Virus record (IMG/VR): IMGVR_UViG_3300036769_000405
Origin: an uncultured virus (IMG/VR IMGVR_UViG_3300036769_000405)
Lineage: Duplodnaviria; Heunggongvirae; Uroviricota; Caudoviricetes
DNA length: 60,686 bases
Direction: 5' to 3' (one strand)
Of this stretch, positions 37,808 to 47,180 are shown one piece after another. Each line of letters starts with the position of its first letter. The first letter of the stretch is position 1. Below the pieces are notes generated by a model. That model was not told the origin of the DNA. It did not search any database and worked only from the letters and a program-made list of their open reading frames with translations. Position numbers and translations under genes: made by a program.

Positions 37808-38223
37808 TTATGAGTTTGTTTGTGTACCTCGTAGCTTATATTTGGGTATTTTATAAGGTACCTGTAATAATTATTTATATTTTATCAAAACTCATTCACG
37901 CCGCCTATTTGTGGGTGACTGGTTATGACAAATGGTACCTCGGATTGGTACCATTTGGCTGGTTCTACTACAAGAAAGATTTGGCTGGTGTAGCAATTTG
38001 GATGTTAATTGTACAGACAATTCTTGAATTGTTTTTTCTTACATCCTACAATCTTATTGGACTCATACTTGTTATAATAATGAGTTCAATAACTAATTAC
38101 TCCTATGCAAATATTTATGTAGATGGAAGTAATCCCAAATTATATGCATGTTGTCCTTTTTACAAATATGCATACATGATTAAGGAGGTGATCACTATTG
38201 CAAGAAATGAATCAAGGGGATGA
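37798..38223 (+). CDS. Integral membrane protein
   Basis: Three to four hydrophobic helices with (L/C)xPF(G/Y) motifs, like 42797..43369. Confidence 0.65.
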   Translation: MFLIMSLFVYLVAYIWVFYKVPVIIIYILSKLIHAAYLWVTGYDKWYLGLVPFGWFYYKKDLAGVAIWMLIVQTILELFFLTSYNLIGLILVIIMSSITNYSYANIYVDGSNPKLYACCPFYKYAYMIKEVITIARNESRG

Positions 38224-39349
38224 TTATGATGAGTGGGACTTTGATGATGACGATGAAACAGAAGCCACCACAGCGACTGAATCCGATGTATCCGAGGGAG
38301 AGTATGCAGATGAAGCTAAGCAAAACACCAAGGCTGGTTTCGATACAATTTATGGAATCCCTAAAAATATCTTCTTTATTGGTTGTGCAATAGTTGTTGT
38401 AGCTTTACTTGCTTTAGCACTTATCATTATGCGATTTAAGAATAAATCATCAAGTTCTTCTAATACAACAAGTGATTATACTTACAACGATACTTATGTA
38501 GATACAACGCCAACAATAACTCAGTGTTATGATTCCAACGGTAATTTTATTGGATACTGTGAGGGATTGACCGATGGTTACTCAATATACGATAATGACT
38601 ACAATGATGTAGGATATATTGATGCTTCTGGTACGTCTATGTTTTATGATTCATCTGGAGTATTCCTTGGTTATTATACATCAGATACAGATGATTATGT
38701 TGTAGATTATACTACAACGAATGCATCTGGAAGTTACAGTGATTCAGACAAAGAATTACTGCGCAAAATGGGCTATACAGGCGACGAAATAGAAATAGCT
38801 TTAGCGACAGGTGTTTCAGTTGATGATCTCGTTGAAGCAGCCCAAGAGTTACGTGACGAGGAAGCAAAAGAAGCTTTACACAGAATGTCTGATGAAGCAA
38901 GTGAAGAGTTTCAAACAATTGTTAATAACTCTATTTACTGTATGCCTGAGGTTACATTTGATGGCTTTGATGTTTCAGTAGATAGTTCTCGACTTTATGA
39001 CGGATCTTATGTTGTAAATGCAGACTATGAAAAACTTCCTACATATGGTTATCAGTTATTCATTAAAGTGAAGATAGCGAATGGTACTTATGTATTCTAT
39101 CAGGTAACACCACAACGTTGGGAAACACTTCCTGATACGGGTAATATTGTTATGAAAGTATCATATTGTATGTATGGTACTTACAATGTTAATATGTACA
39201 TCACAGATTTGCAGGAAGTAGATGCTACACAACTAACAGTTAATCCAGAAGATTCAGGAGCAGATCTCAATGATATCATTGATGGATACAGTAGTACAGG
39301 AAATTCCACTGATACTGATTCTGATGAAGATACTGTAGAGACTTGGTAA
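38198..39349 (+). CDS. Acidic single-pass membrane protein
   Basis: AAGGAGGTGA RBS; acidic N terminus, a TM helix and short YD..G...GY repeats. Confidence 0.75.
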   Translation: MQEMNQGDDYDEWDFDDDDETEATTATESDVSEGEYADEAKQNTKAGFDTIYGIPKNIFFIGCAIVVVALLALALIIMRFKNKSSSSSNTTSDYTYNDTYVDTTPTITQCYDSNGNFIGYCEGLTDGYSIYDNDYNDVGYIDASGTSMFYDSSGVFLGYYTSDTDDYVVDYTTTNASGSYSDSDKELLRKMGYTGDEIEIALATGVSVDDLVEAAQELRDEEAKEALHRMSDEASEEFQTIVNNSIYCMPEVTFDGFDVSVDSSRLYDGSYVVNADYEKLPTYGYQLFIKVKIANGTYVFYQVTPQRWETLPDTGNIVMKVSYCMYGTYNVNMYITDLQEVDATQLTVNPEDSGADLNDIIDGYSSTGNSTDTDSDEDTVETW

Positions 39350-39358
39350 GGAGATCTT

Positions 39359-40036
39359 ATGGGAAGATTTATATTTAATACATTTAAAGCTTGTATGCTT
39401 GGCATCTCAGCTTATTGTGCAATGGCTGTGTTCTTAATTCTCTATAATGGCGTGCCACGAATTGGATTTCTATTATCGTGTAGTTATGTTTTATTACCAT
39501 TGCTGCTTATGGCAATGTGTCTTTTCTTTGGAACACGTGAAAAAAGAATCATGAAGATTGATGATTGTGAAGAATACTACAGGAAAATAAGCTGGTTGAA
39601 AAAAAAGCATTTAGTTTTGCTTGTTGTGCTTCAGTTATTCTCAGCTGTGTTATTTGTGCAGTATAACTATACAAATTTCAATAAGCTTGAAACACTATAT
39701 CCAAAAGCTGTTGATTATCTTAATGATTACATGAGTGCAACAGATACTACGTTTATATTACTTGAAATGACACCTACGTGGTATACCGAAAGATTATATT
39801 ATGCGGCAGATTTATACGTTGAAGTTGAAGAGTTGGATACTACAGAGTATGAAAATCAAGCAGACAAGTTAGTAACTGATTATAACACTTACTGGAGTAT
39901 CCTTAACAATCGCCGGCTTATCGGAATAATTATAGCATTAGTCCTCGGGACTAATACAATGCTTTTACAAAAGTATCAGCATTACAAAGCAACAATGTCT
40001 TTCTTAGAAGACAGAGAACAATCGAAATCTTCGTGA
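39359..40036 (+). CDS. Integral membrane protein
   Basis: About four hydrophobic helices. Confidence 0.7.
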   Translation: MGRFIFNTFKACMLGISAYCAMAVFLILYNGVPRIGFLLSCSYVLLPLLLMAMCLFFGTREKRIMKIDDCEEYYRKISWLKKKHLVLLVVLQLFSAVLFVQYNYTNFNKLETLYPKAVDYLNDYMSATDTTFILLEMTPTWYTERLYYAADLYVEVEELDTTEYENQADKLVTDYNTYWSILNNRRLIGIIIALVLGTNTMLLQKYQHYKATMSFLEDREQSKSS

Positions 40037-40809
40037 GGTGTGAAATGGTTGTTTCTATGTATCGTACTGACTTGCCTGAGTGGGTCATGAATAACATGAA
40101 AATGTTATGTCCTTATTGCGGTGCATTCTTAGTTGACAACAGTGATACAGGGGTTACAACAGCACGTTGGTGCTGTAACCCTAAGTGTCCTGGTCACATG
40201 ATGCATAAAGCAAAAGTTTTAGGTGATTACTTCGGAGTTAAAGGTTTTGGTCCTAGGACTGCTCTTGGCATTATAAAAGCTAAGAGATTTCAATCCCATT
40301 TTGACTTCATTCCACACTGGTTTGGAGATAAGAAACCTTTAGCTTCTTTACCTGATATAGCAACATTATGTTGTATTGAAGATTATGGACAAACAACTGC
40401 AAATAAAGAACTTGGACATTACAGTTCTTTTGAAGAGTACTTCTCAACTTGTTTATACCCTAATCAATTATTAGTAGAACATAAAGATGAATTACTGTAC
40501 GGTGAAAAACTGTTTACTATAAAACCGCCAGTATCTGCTAGAAAGATGTATGTTATGGGTACAGGATCATTTCATGGTTATAACAGTCGTGATGATTTCT
40601 TTAGGCTTATCAATGACGCCTATGGGATGTATATCAATGTTATACAAACAGGTAAAAGGAAGACTGGAATCTCATACTTAATTAAAGAGTATGATGCAGT
40701 TGATCACTCCAAGTCTAGAATTGCACGTGAATATGGAATCCCTGTAGTAACTCCGGCTGAGTTTCTTTCCATTATTGAGGGTAAATGTGCATATCTTCCT
40801 GAAGATTAA
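40033..40809 (+). CDS. NAD-dependent DNA ligase, C-terminal half (C4 Zn finger, HhH, BRCT)
   Basis: CPYCG...WCCNPKCP Zn finger; GVKGFGPRT and IEDYGQTT HhH-like motifs; BRCT-like GTGSFHGYNSRDDF...SKSRIAREYGIPVVTPAEFL. Confidence 0.8.
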   Translation: MRCEMVVSMYRTDLPEWVMNNMKMLCPYCGAFLVDNSDTGVTTARWCCNPKCPGHMMHKAKVLGDYFGVKGFGPRTALGIIKAKRFQSHFDFIPHWFGDKKPLASLPDIATLCCIEDYGQTTANKELGHYSSFEEYFSTCLYPNQLLVEHKDELLYGEKLFTIKPPVSARKMYVMGTGSFHGYNSRDDFFRLINDAYGMYINVIQTGKRKTGISYLIKEYDAVDHSKSRIAREYGIPVVTPAEFLSIIEGKCAYLPED

Positions 40810-40833
40810 TATTATTTGTATGGAGGTATTATC

Positions 40834-41196
40834 ATGAAGATATTTCAGTTTATTGCTGAATATTGTCAGGACCTTGTTGAAGAATCAAGACGTGCTAAAT
40901 CTCTAATTGATTTATCAGAGTTTCCACACGATGGATTTGCTGAGGATGTAGAGGGTAATAAAGTGCCTGTCGTTTACATTGATGGTGAAAGTGTTCCTGT
41001 AAGTGATTTCTTTACAATGGACAAAAGTGATTTTGTTAACATTTGGAAACTGCCTAACGCCGGTAATACGTATGATGAATACACAAGTGTTATGGAAATA
41101 CTTGAGGGGGCTGAGGCTCTTAACCGTATTCGAAATACAATTCTGGCTGAGCAGGAGAGACTGGCTACAGATGTTGAGTTAGTCTCGTCTATATGA
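40834..41196 (+). CDS. Hypothetical protein
   Basis: GGAGGT RBS before ATG 40834. Confidence 0.65.
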   Translation: MKIFQFIAEYCQDLVEESRRAKSLIDLSEFPHDGFAEDVEGNKVPVVYIDGESVPVSDFFTMDKSDFVNIWKLPNAGNTYDEYTSVMEILEGAEALNRIRNTILAEQERLATDVELVSSI

Positions 41197-41987
41197 TTAG
41201 CTTTGAGAAATATTCATCCAAGACTAAGATTCCAGACGCAGATTATGTATTTGATAAGACTGATAAATTATACGATTTGTTAAGCTTACTTACTCCTAAG
41301 TTTAAAGGTAATTGGTTGATTATTTTAATCGATCCTAAACTTAAGTTTGTTAAGGATCTGATACAGAATCATAATATACCTACTTGGGTGAATATACTTA
41401 TTTATCTCAATTCAAAAAAGCTTGAAGAAGTTGTAGTACAACACCCTGATTTACAACCAAAAGAAAAGAGTAAGAAAGAAACTTTTAATGACATGATAGG
41501 TAAGCTTAACCACTTAATTGATAAGCGTGCTAAAGCAACTTTGTTTGCTGCCCTATCTGTCAACATGAGTGATCTTGAAGAAACTCTTACAAAGTTGGAT
41601 TCAGAATGTACTGGCGATACAATTACGTATAAGCAAGTACAAAATGTTATTAATTACACTAAGCGTGTTTATGCTTCTGATGTAATAAACGCATTCTTAC
41701 TAGGTGATGCAAGACGATGGTCTTTGTATAATTCTATTGTACAAGAACTTGGCATGGAGTATAGCTACTATGCAATGTACAAGTACGTCAAAGGATTACT
41801 TAGTGCAAAAGGAGATTATCTCCAAAATAAAGATGTGAAACAGTTCGTAGTTAAGAAGATTGAAGCGCCTAGAATTTGTTATGCTTATGTACTATTTGCA
41901 AATTCTACAAACTACTATCAGCTGTATTGTATTCTCTATTCACTTGAACATAGAAGTGATAAATCTTTACATCGCTTCGTTAATTAG
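41193..41987 (+). CDS. DNA polymerase III delta (HolA)-like clamp-loader subunit
   Basis: IDKRAKATLF...NMSDLEETLTKLDS...TITYKQVQNVI...VYASDVINAFLLGD resembles the HolA lid/collar pattern (L..EL.KL...IT...V...VF.L.DA...GD). Confidence 0.55.
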   Translation: MISFEKYSSKTKIPDADYVFDKTDKLYDLLSLLTPKFKGNWLIILIDPKLKFVKDLIQNHNIPTWVNILIYLNSKKLEEVVVQHPDLQPKEKSKKETFNDMIGKLNHLIDKRAKATLFAALSVNMSDLEETLTKLDSECTGDTITYKQVQNVINYTKRVYASDVINAFLLGDARRWSLYNSIVQELGMEYSYYAMYKYVKGLLSAKGDYLQNKDVKQFVVKKIEAPRICYAYVLFANSTNYYQLYCILYSLEHRSDKSLHRFVN

Positions 41988-41998
41988 GAGGTTTTTAA

Positions 41999-42781
41999 AT
42001 GTTAATTTATAGTACTAAAAGATTAGTACCTACGGATGTTAACATGCTGGTTATTCGTGCAAAAGATAACATTGGATACTTTTATATCCATCGTGCCCTT
42101 TATGATCAGGCAGTCGTTATAAATGATATTTATGGAGAAGATCCAAAAATGCTTATCAAAGCGATTACAAACAAAGATGAATCCCGTGATGATGTAGATT
42201 ATTTCTTGGAAAACGCACCGTCACCTATTAATATCTTTGGACCTTTCTTGTTGCTGGTTAAAGAACCATTAACAGAGTTCGAAGATATGATTGGTGCAAT
42301 ACATGTTATGTCCGGACCACTACATTTACGCAACATGCTTAAGATTCCATTTGAGATGCGTAATATGATGCCAACATTCTCATTATCAATAAAAGATGAG
42401 TATCAGTTAGCATGGGATCGATTCTTCCAAACAACCTTACCCTACTCTGTAGACATGTTCCATATGCCTGGAATTAGTCCCATGAACGGTGTGCAAACGA
42501 CAACAATTGACCAGCCAAAGGAAGAAGATCAGGAGCCTACTGGTTATGAAGACTATGGTATTGATCAATCTGCTCTGGACTTCCTTATGGGAGATGATGA
42601 TCCATTTGCAGATTTTGATGAGTCATCTTCAAATGAGGAAATAACTACAGATGATGATGATCCGTTTGCAGGAATGTCTGATACAACTGAGCAAGTATCT
42701 GTACCGGAACCTGAACCTGAACCTGAACCAAAACCAACACCAGAAAAAGTATCAGGCGTTGATGCATTATTAATGTTATAG
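41999..42781 (+). CDS. Hypothetical protein with an acidic, Pro-Glu-rich tail
   Basis: AGGAGG RBS; two DDDPFA motifs and a PEPEPEPEPKP tract. Confidence 0.75.
   Translation: MLIYSTKRLVPTDVNMLVIRAKDNIGYFYIHRALYDQAVVINDIYGEDPKMLIKAITNKDESRDDVDYFLENAPSPINIFGPFLLLVKEPLTEFEDMIGAIHVMSGPLHLRNMLKIPFEMRNMMPTFSLSIKDEYQLAWDRFFQTTLPYSVDMFHMPGISPMNGVQTTTIDQPKEEDQEPTGYEDYGIDQSALDFLMGDDDPFADFDESSSNEEITTDDDDPFAGMSDTTEQVSVPEPEPEPEPKPTPEKVSGVDALLML
42704..42733 (+). repeat. Coding hexanucleotide tandem repeat (CCTGAA)n
   Basis: CCGGAA CCTGAA CCTGAA CCTGAA CCAAAA, encoding PEPEPEPEPK. Confidence 0.85.
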
Positions 42782-42796
42782 GAGGAAGTTTTTACA

Positions 42797-43369
42797 ATGA
42801 ATGATACAACAGCTTTGTTTTATGCAATCGGAATTTATCTTGTTTTCCTGTTTGCTATCTTTTGGAATTACGGTATGTTCACAAGCACCATGTTGCTGTG
42901 GACAAGAAAGATCGATGCCATTCAACATTCTAAGAAACCTATTAAGAAATTATCAACCGGTGATAAGTTGAAATGTTACATACCTTTTTATCAAGCTTGT
43001 TTGGTACACAAGTCAGTCTACAGAAGTTATGGACCGTTTCAGATTATGTCGATATTCTCGGCAGTTGGGATACTATGGAATCTATTCAATAAGTTTGTGT
43101 ATGCTATCAATGGTTATGTTATGTTCTTCTCGAGCATTTTAATGATCATTTGTTTAATTATGTTTTTCTTAGTGTATGCAATCATTACAGCAGATATTGC
43201 GAGAATGTATGGGTTTAGCTGGTTTACAGTTGCACTGTGTTTTTTATTTCCACACCTTGCTTGTACTTACCTACACAATAATATACCTACAAAGATGAAA
43301 GCCATGGTCAAGGAGGAAACGTTCAGTGAACACAATGGAAATACCTACATTAAGCAGCGACATAACTAA
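42797..43369 (+). CDS. Integral membrane protein
   Basis: Several TM helices; CYIPFYQ and IARMYGFSWFTVALCFLFP motifs. Confidence 0.7.
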   Translation: MNDTTALFYAIGIYLVFLFAIFWNYGMFTSTMLLWTRKIDAIQHSKKPIKKLSTGDKLKCYIPFYQACLVHKSVYRSYGPFQIMSIFSAVGILWNLFNKFVYAINGYVMFFSSILMIICLIMFFLVYAIITADIARMYGFSWFTVALCFLFPHLACTYLHNNIPTKMKAMVKEETFSEHNGNTYIKQRHN

Positions 43370-43631
43370 CGAACACATTTCTATGCCGTATCCTCATGTT
43401 AGAGTTCTCGAACCTAATGATGCTATAGCCTTAATTTTGCCAGAACTGCCAACAGGTGATTTGCCTGTTGTATGTGAATTTAATGGAACCTGTCGACAGA
43501 TAGGTTCCATTAGAGCCTCAGCTACAATACTGAACAATCTGAGAAAGATTTCTGCTATAGAGTATTACAAGGTTAAAGGAGATTCTAAGTTGATAAATTC
43601 ACCTTTAGATGCTGTGGAGGTCTTGATGTAA
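43326..43631 (+). CDS. Hypothetical protein
   Basis: AAGGAGG RBS and GTG start. Confidence 0.6.
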   Translation: MNTMEIPTLSSDITNEHISMPYPHVRVLEPNDAIALILPELPTGDLPVVCEFNGTCRQIGSIRASATILNNLRKISAIEYYKVKGDSKLINSPLDAVEVLM

Positions 43632-43843
43632 TGGATGCTTTATTGTTTATGATATTAGCATTAGTATTAGTTGTTCGAATAACAAACGCTCCAGAAACAA
43701 CAGATACTAAAAGTACAGTTACTGTTGAGGAAACAGTTGCTGTACAAAATGTTGAGCGTGTTGCTAAGCTGAATGATTCTTTTTATGAAGACCCTCATGC
43801 ATTTAGTGAAATTATAAATGCTCTAGGTTTTCCAAAGGGGTAA
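43631..43843 (+). CDS. Small secreted or membrane-anchored protein
   Basis: TAATG overlap; hydrophobic N terminus. Confidence 0.6.
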   Translation: MDALLFMILALVLVVRITNAPETTDTKSTVTVEETVAVQNVERVAKLNDSFYEDPHAFSEIINALGFPKG

Positions 43844-43846
43844 AAT

Positions 43847-44173
43847 ATGAATGCTATAATTGTACTACTTATAATAGATACCATTATACAGTTAATCACT
43901 TGTCACTTTACTCTATGGTGGTTAATTAGTTTTGTTTGCCGCTTACTATTTTGTTGTAGAATAGTTGGTGCTACATTCAAAGTTAAGAAATTGGCGATAG
44001 GTGAACTTGTTGCTTTTGGATGCATGTTGCTATTCAACATGTTATTTGCAAAAAATGGTATACCATGGATACGTCTTATACTTACACTGTTATTCTCAGC
44101 AATAGCTGTGGGTCTTGAATACCTTGATGATTTAATGTATGTCTATGTGATTGAAGATGAAGATGATGAATAG
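43847..44173 (+). CDS. Small integral membrane protein
   Basis: Three to four TM helices and an acidic tail. Confidence 0.6.
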   Translation: MNAIIVLLIIDTIIQLITCHFTLWWLISFVCRLLFCCRIVGATFKVKKLAIGELVAFGCMLLFNMLFAKNGIPWIRLILTLLFSAIAVGLEYLDDLMYVYVIEDEDDE

Positions 44174-44209
44174 TCTTTAATTATATGGAAAACACTAGGA
44201 GGTTTTAAC

Positions 44210-45196
44210 ATGAATAAATGTACAGATGTTACGTTAGTTGAGAAATTATTCTCGGGAGATTTACTTAAGGTAACTATCGATGGGGTTACTGAGGCTTTAT
44301 GGATTTTTGATTATTCAGAAGCTTTGAAGTTTGTTAATGAAGACGTTATTGTAGAATACCGTCAGGATATTTATAAGGGTGAAATGCGACAGTTTATTGC
44401 TACATTCGTTAAACCCTGTCTTGTAAATACACTTGAAAAGGAAGATAACATCAAACTTTATTGTGAGCAAGTCGACAACTTTTCTAATTTATCATTTAAT
44501 GAAATTGAAATAGGAGAAACACGTCCAGGCTGTATTGTATACTGCATATCTTGTGAATTCAAATCCAGTTCAGCAGCTGTTTGGCAGGAACTGGTTATCC
44601 GTGATCGCTCTATGCATGTTGCTAAGTTACGTTTGTTTGATTATGATAACAAGGCAGCTAACTTTGCCGGTCAGTATGTAATTACTGAGTTGTCAAGAAA
44701 CAAGTTTGGTTTTCAGTCAGATATGATTTCACCAGTTCAAGGTGAATGCCCTCCTAATCCGGAGATCGACATTGCTGAACAGTACATTAAGAATTTCTTC
44801 TTAACAGATGCCAATGCTATGGAGTATATTAACAAATACAACTTACTCAGTATTATGAAAGAACATATCGATTATGAGAAAGGTTATGGACTCATGCGAT
44901 TAGCTATGGAATTAGCTATGATAGATGCCTTGAAGAATATATCTAATGATGTTGACTTAACGTCTATCGCTGATGCTATTTTAGCCTCACATGGTTATGA
45001 GGTACGTGATTCAGTTTTATCTCATGTTGTAAACAACGTGCTGGTCGCTGCGAATGTTCACTGGGCAAACAAACAACTTGTCCTATGCCTACTCGATGTA
45101 GAATCAGGTGAAGACATTCCTGAACGTGTTGTTATGAAGCAGATACAGGATACTGTTGATGCACTACTCAGAGTACGTAAAGGACTTAAAGAATAA
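44210..45196 (+). CDS. OB-fold nucleic-acid-binding protein, YhaM/Cbf1-like with a degenerate HD domain
   Basis: CEFKSSSAAVWQELVIRDRSMHVAKLRLFD resembles the YhaM OB fold. The downstream helical region HIDYEKGYGLMR...DVDLTSIADAILASH lacks an intact HD. Confidence 0.45.
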   Translation: MNKCTDVTLVEKLFSGDLLKVTIDGVTEALWIFDYSEALKFVNEDVIVEYRQDIYKGEMRQFIATFVKPCLVNTLEKEDNIKLYCEQVDNFSNLSFNEIEIGETRPGCIVYCISCEFKSSSAAVWQELVIRDRSMHVAKLRLFDYDNKAANFAGQYVITELSRNKFGFQSDMISPVQGECPPNPEIDIAEQYIKNFFLTDANAMEYINKYNLLSIMKEHIDYEKGYGLMRLAMELAMIDALKNISNDVDLTSIADAILASHGYEVRDSVLSHVVNNVLVAANVHWANKQLVLCLLDVESGEDIPERVVMKQIQDTVDALLRVRKGLKE

Positions 45197-45215
45197 ATAT
45201 TTTAGGAGATGGGAT

Positions 45216-45728
45216 ATGAACGAAGATTTGTATGACTATACAGACTCTAACTCCGCTGAACAGTATAACACCTTGTTGCTATTGGACAGTGTATTTGAGA
45301 CAAACAAAACAGGAATCAGACCAGTATTTCATCTCCTCGGTGGAACTGCCTTATTGTTTCATGGAATTGTTTCAATATCTACGATAGATATTGATACAGC
45401 TAATAGATTGACAGACAGAGTGAGAGATTTGGTTGAACCTTTCATTAGTGATAATGCTAGTGAAGTCGCAACACTTGCAAAGCACTATACGTCTAGGTTG
45501 ATTCCTTATAAGCCTGAAGTGTTCAGAAACATGGATGTTTATTTACTTTCGCTGGAAGATTTAGTCATTACGAAGTTAGGTGCGGGTAGATTTAAAGATA
45601 TTGAGGATTTAACAAAGACTGATATTATGAGACGTTGTGATTTTGATAAACTATCTAAAATCATTATGGAAGAGTTTGATACATCTACGACAAGTAAGTT
45701 ACTAATCAGATTATCTAAATTAGATTGA
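45216..45728 (+). CDS. Nucleotidyltransferase (DUF6036/AbiEii-like superfamily)
   Basis: LLGGTAL...STIDID (GG + DxD) and SLEDLVITKL...RFKDIED motifs. Confidence 0.8.
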   Translation: MNEDLYDYTDSNSAEQYNTLLLLDSVFETNKTGIRPVFHLLGGTALLFHGIVSISTIDIDTANRLTDRVRDLVEPFISDNASEVATLAKHYTSRLIPYKPEVFRNMDVYLLSLEDLVITKLGAGRFKDIEDLTKTDIMRRCDFDKLSKIIMEEFDTSTTSKLLIRLSKLD

Positions 45729-45737
45729 GGTGATTTT

Positions 45738-46097
45738 ATGTCAAATTTTGATTCAAATATCACAAGTATTTTTGGTGAAGGAATGTCTCGTAGAGAATGT
45801 TTACTTAAGTGTTCTAATGCTTTAAAGGATTACAATTCTTTGATGAACATCGCTGGTAAAAATGCTTTTATTGATTGCACACTCTATTTATTAGCTAAAG
45901 ATAATGAAGAACAGCTTAGGCGTCTGAACTTTTGTTTCTCTGTTGATGAATTACTTGATGAGCTTAAGCATGTGCAGAAGCATAGTAATCTTGAACAGTT
46001 AGCCGAGAATTTGCATGATGATGTTAATCGAACAAGAAAGCACAATAGTGTTAAATATTTAGTAGAAAGGTTGTGTAAAGAAAATGCGCGGGTTTGA
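45738..46097 (+). CDS. Hypothetical protein, possible partner of the nucleotidyltransferase
   Basis: GAGGTGA RBS; small helical protein directly downstream. Confidence 0.6.
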   Translation: MSNFDSNITSIFGEGMSRRECLLKCSNALKDYNSLMNIAGKNAFIDCTLYLLAKDNEEQLRRLNFCFSVDELLDELKHVQKHSNLEQLAENLHDDVNRTRKHNSVKYLVERLCKENARV

Positions 46098-46695
46098 TAC
46101 TAAAGCTCTTATACTTTTTCCTAAGTGGGAAAATTACAATAGTAAAGGTGGTAACTACAAGTATCAATTTAAGAAAGCTGTAAGCAATCTCATTATGTAC
46201 TTGCAGAGTATGAATATTGAACCTCACGTGTTTTATACAGATGATGTTGCACGTGAGTTAAGAAACCCTGAGTTTGTATGGGTAAGTACATTAAGTAAAA
46301 CAGATCGATTTTTTATTAAGAATCATTGTGATGCTTGCAGTGATGCACTTTCCTTGCCAATGATTGAATTTGATAAAATATACAATACAGTCTTAGCTAA
46401 AGATCCCGGATCTTTAGATATGACAGAGAATGAACGTTTTGAAATGGTTCTTCGTCATGCTTCTAAGGCAGCTGCTTCTATTATTCCGCAGTATAGTATC
46501 GTTATACATTTTATGTTTCAGAACAGACAACAGTATAAAGTATCATCAAAGCCCGGGGATGGTAAGATCAGAATAAACGTGAGTGCTAATACATTCTCTC
46601 CTAAGGTTTACATTGGAGGGTCTGAAGAGGACGCTTGTGACTTGCTTGCCGTGCCTTATGCTAATAGATGCTTAGATGTGTGGGAGGTTAAATAA
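46084..46695 (+). CDS. Hypothetical protein
   Basis: 203-aa ORF with a GAAAGG RBS. Confidence 0.65.
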   Translation: MRGFDTKALILFPKWENYNSKGGNYKYQFKKAVSNLIMYLQSMNIEPHVFYTDDVARELRNPEFVWVSTLSKTDRFFIKNHCDACSDALSLPMIEFDKIYNTVLAKDPGSLDMTENERFEMVLRHASKAAASIIPQYSIVIHFMFQNRQQYKVSSKPGDGKIRINVSANTFSPKVYIGGSEEDACDLLAVPYANRCLDVWEVK

Positions 46696-47180
46696 TGGCA
46701 GAAGTGGATTACAAAGTATTAGTAGGTAATAACTTCACAGTAGAACATCAGGTAAACTTTTCAGATATAAAAGATCAGTTAAAAATGCCAGGTGTTTATT
46801 ATGATGAGAGAGCAAACATCTTATCTCTGAAGACAGACTTAACCAATTGGAATTGGTATTTTAATTATCTTGACTTTCAGCAAGTATCTTCTGTGAAACA
46901 TGCTGAAGCCCGCCCAACTTATTTGTTGGATTTGGGTTATGTACCTGTTGCTTACTTACCTAGTTGCTTTGTTAGTCTTGGTGCTAAAATCATGGAAGCC
47001 TTAGATGTTTCTAAGATTCCATATATCAAGTTGTCCCCTACAAGTTTCGCACTTAAGTACTGTAATATTATGACAGTCGATGCTTGGGTGCACAAAATGG
47101 ATGTTGCAGATATGTTAGATAAGAAACCTGAAGATGTTACGTCTAAAGATATTTTACGGAGGTTATTTGTAAATGAGTGA
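46695..47180 (+). CDS. Hypothetical protein
   Basis: GGGAGG RBS and TAATG overlap. Confidence 0.7.
   Translation: MAEVDYKVLVGNNFTVEHQVNFSDIKDQLKMPGVYYDERANILSLKTDLTNWNWYFNYLDFQQVSSVKHAEARPTYLLDLGYVPVAYLPSCFVSLGAKIMEALDVSKIPYIKLSPTSFALKYCNIMTVDAWVHKMDVADMLDKKPEDVTSKDILRRLFVNE

Noticed and set aside
43847..44173. Holin
   Set aside because: It is a small multi-TM protein, but there is no adjacent endolysin and many similar membrane ORFs occur in the window.
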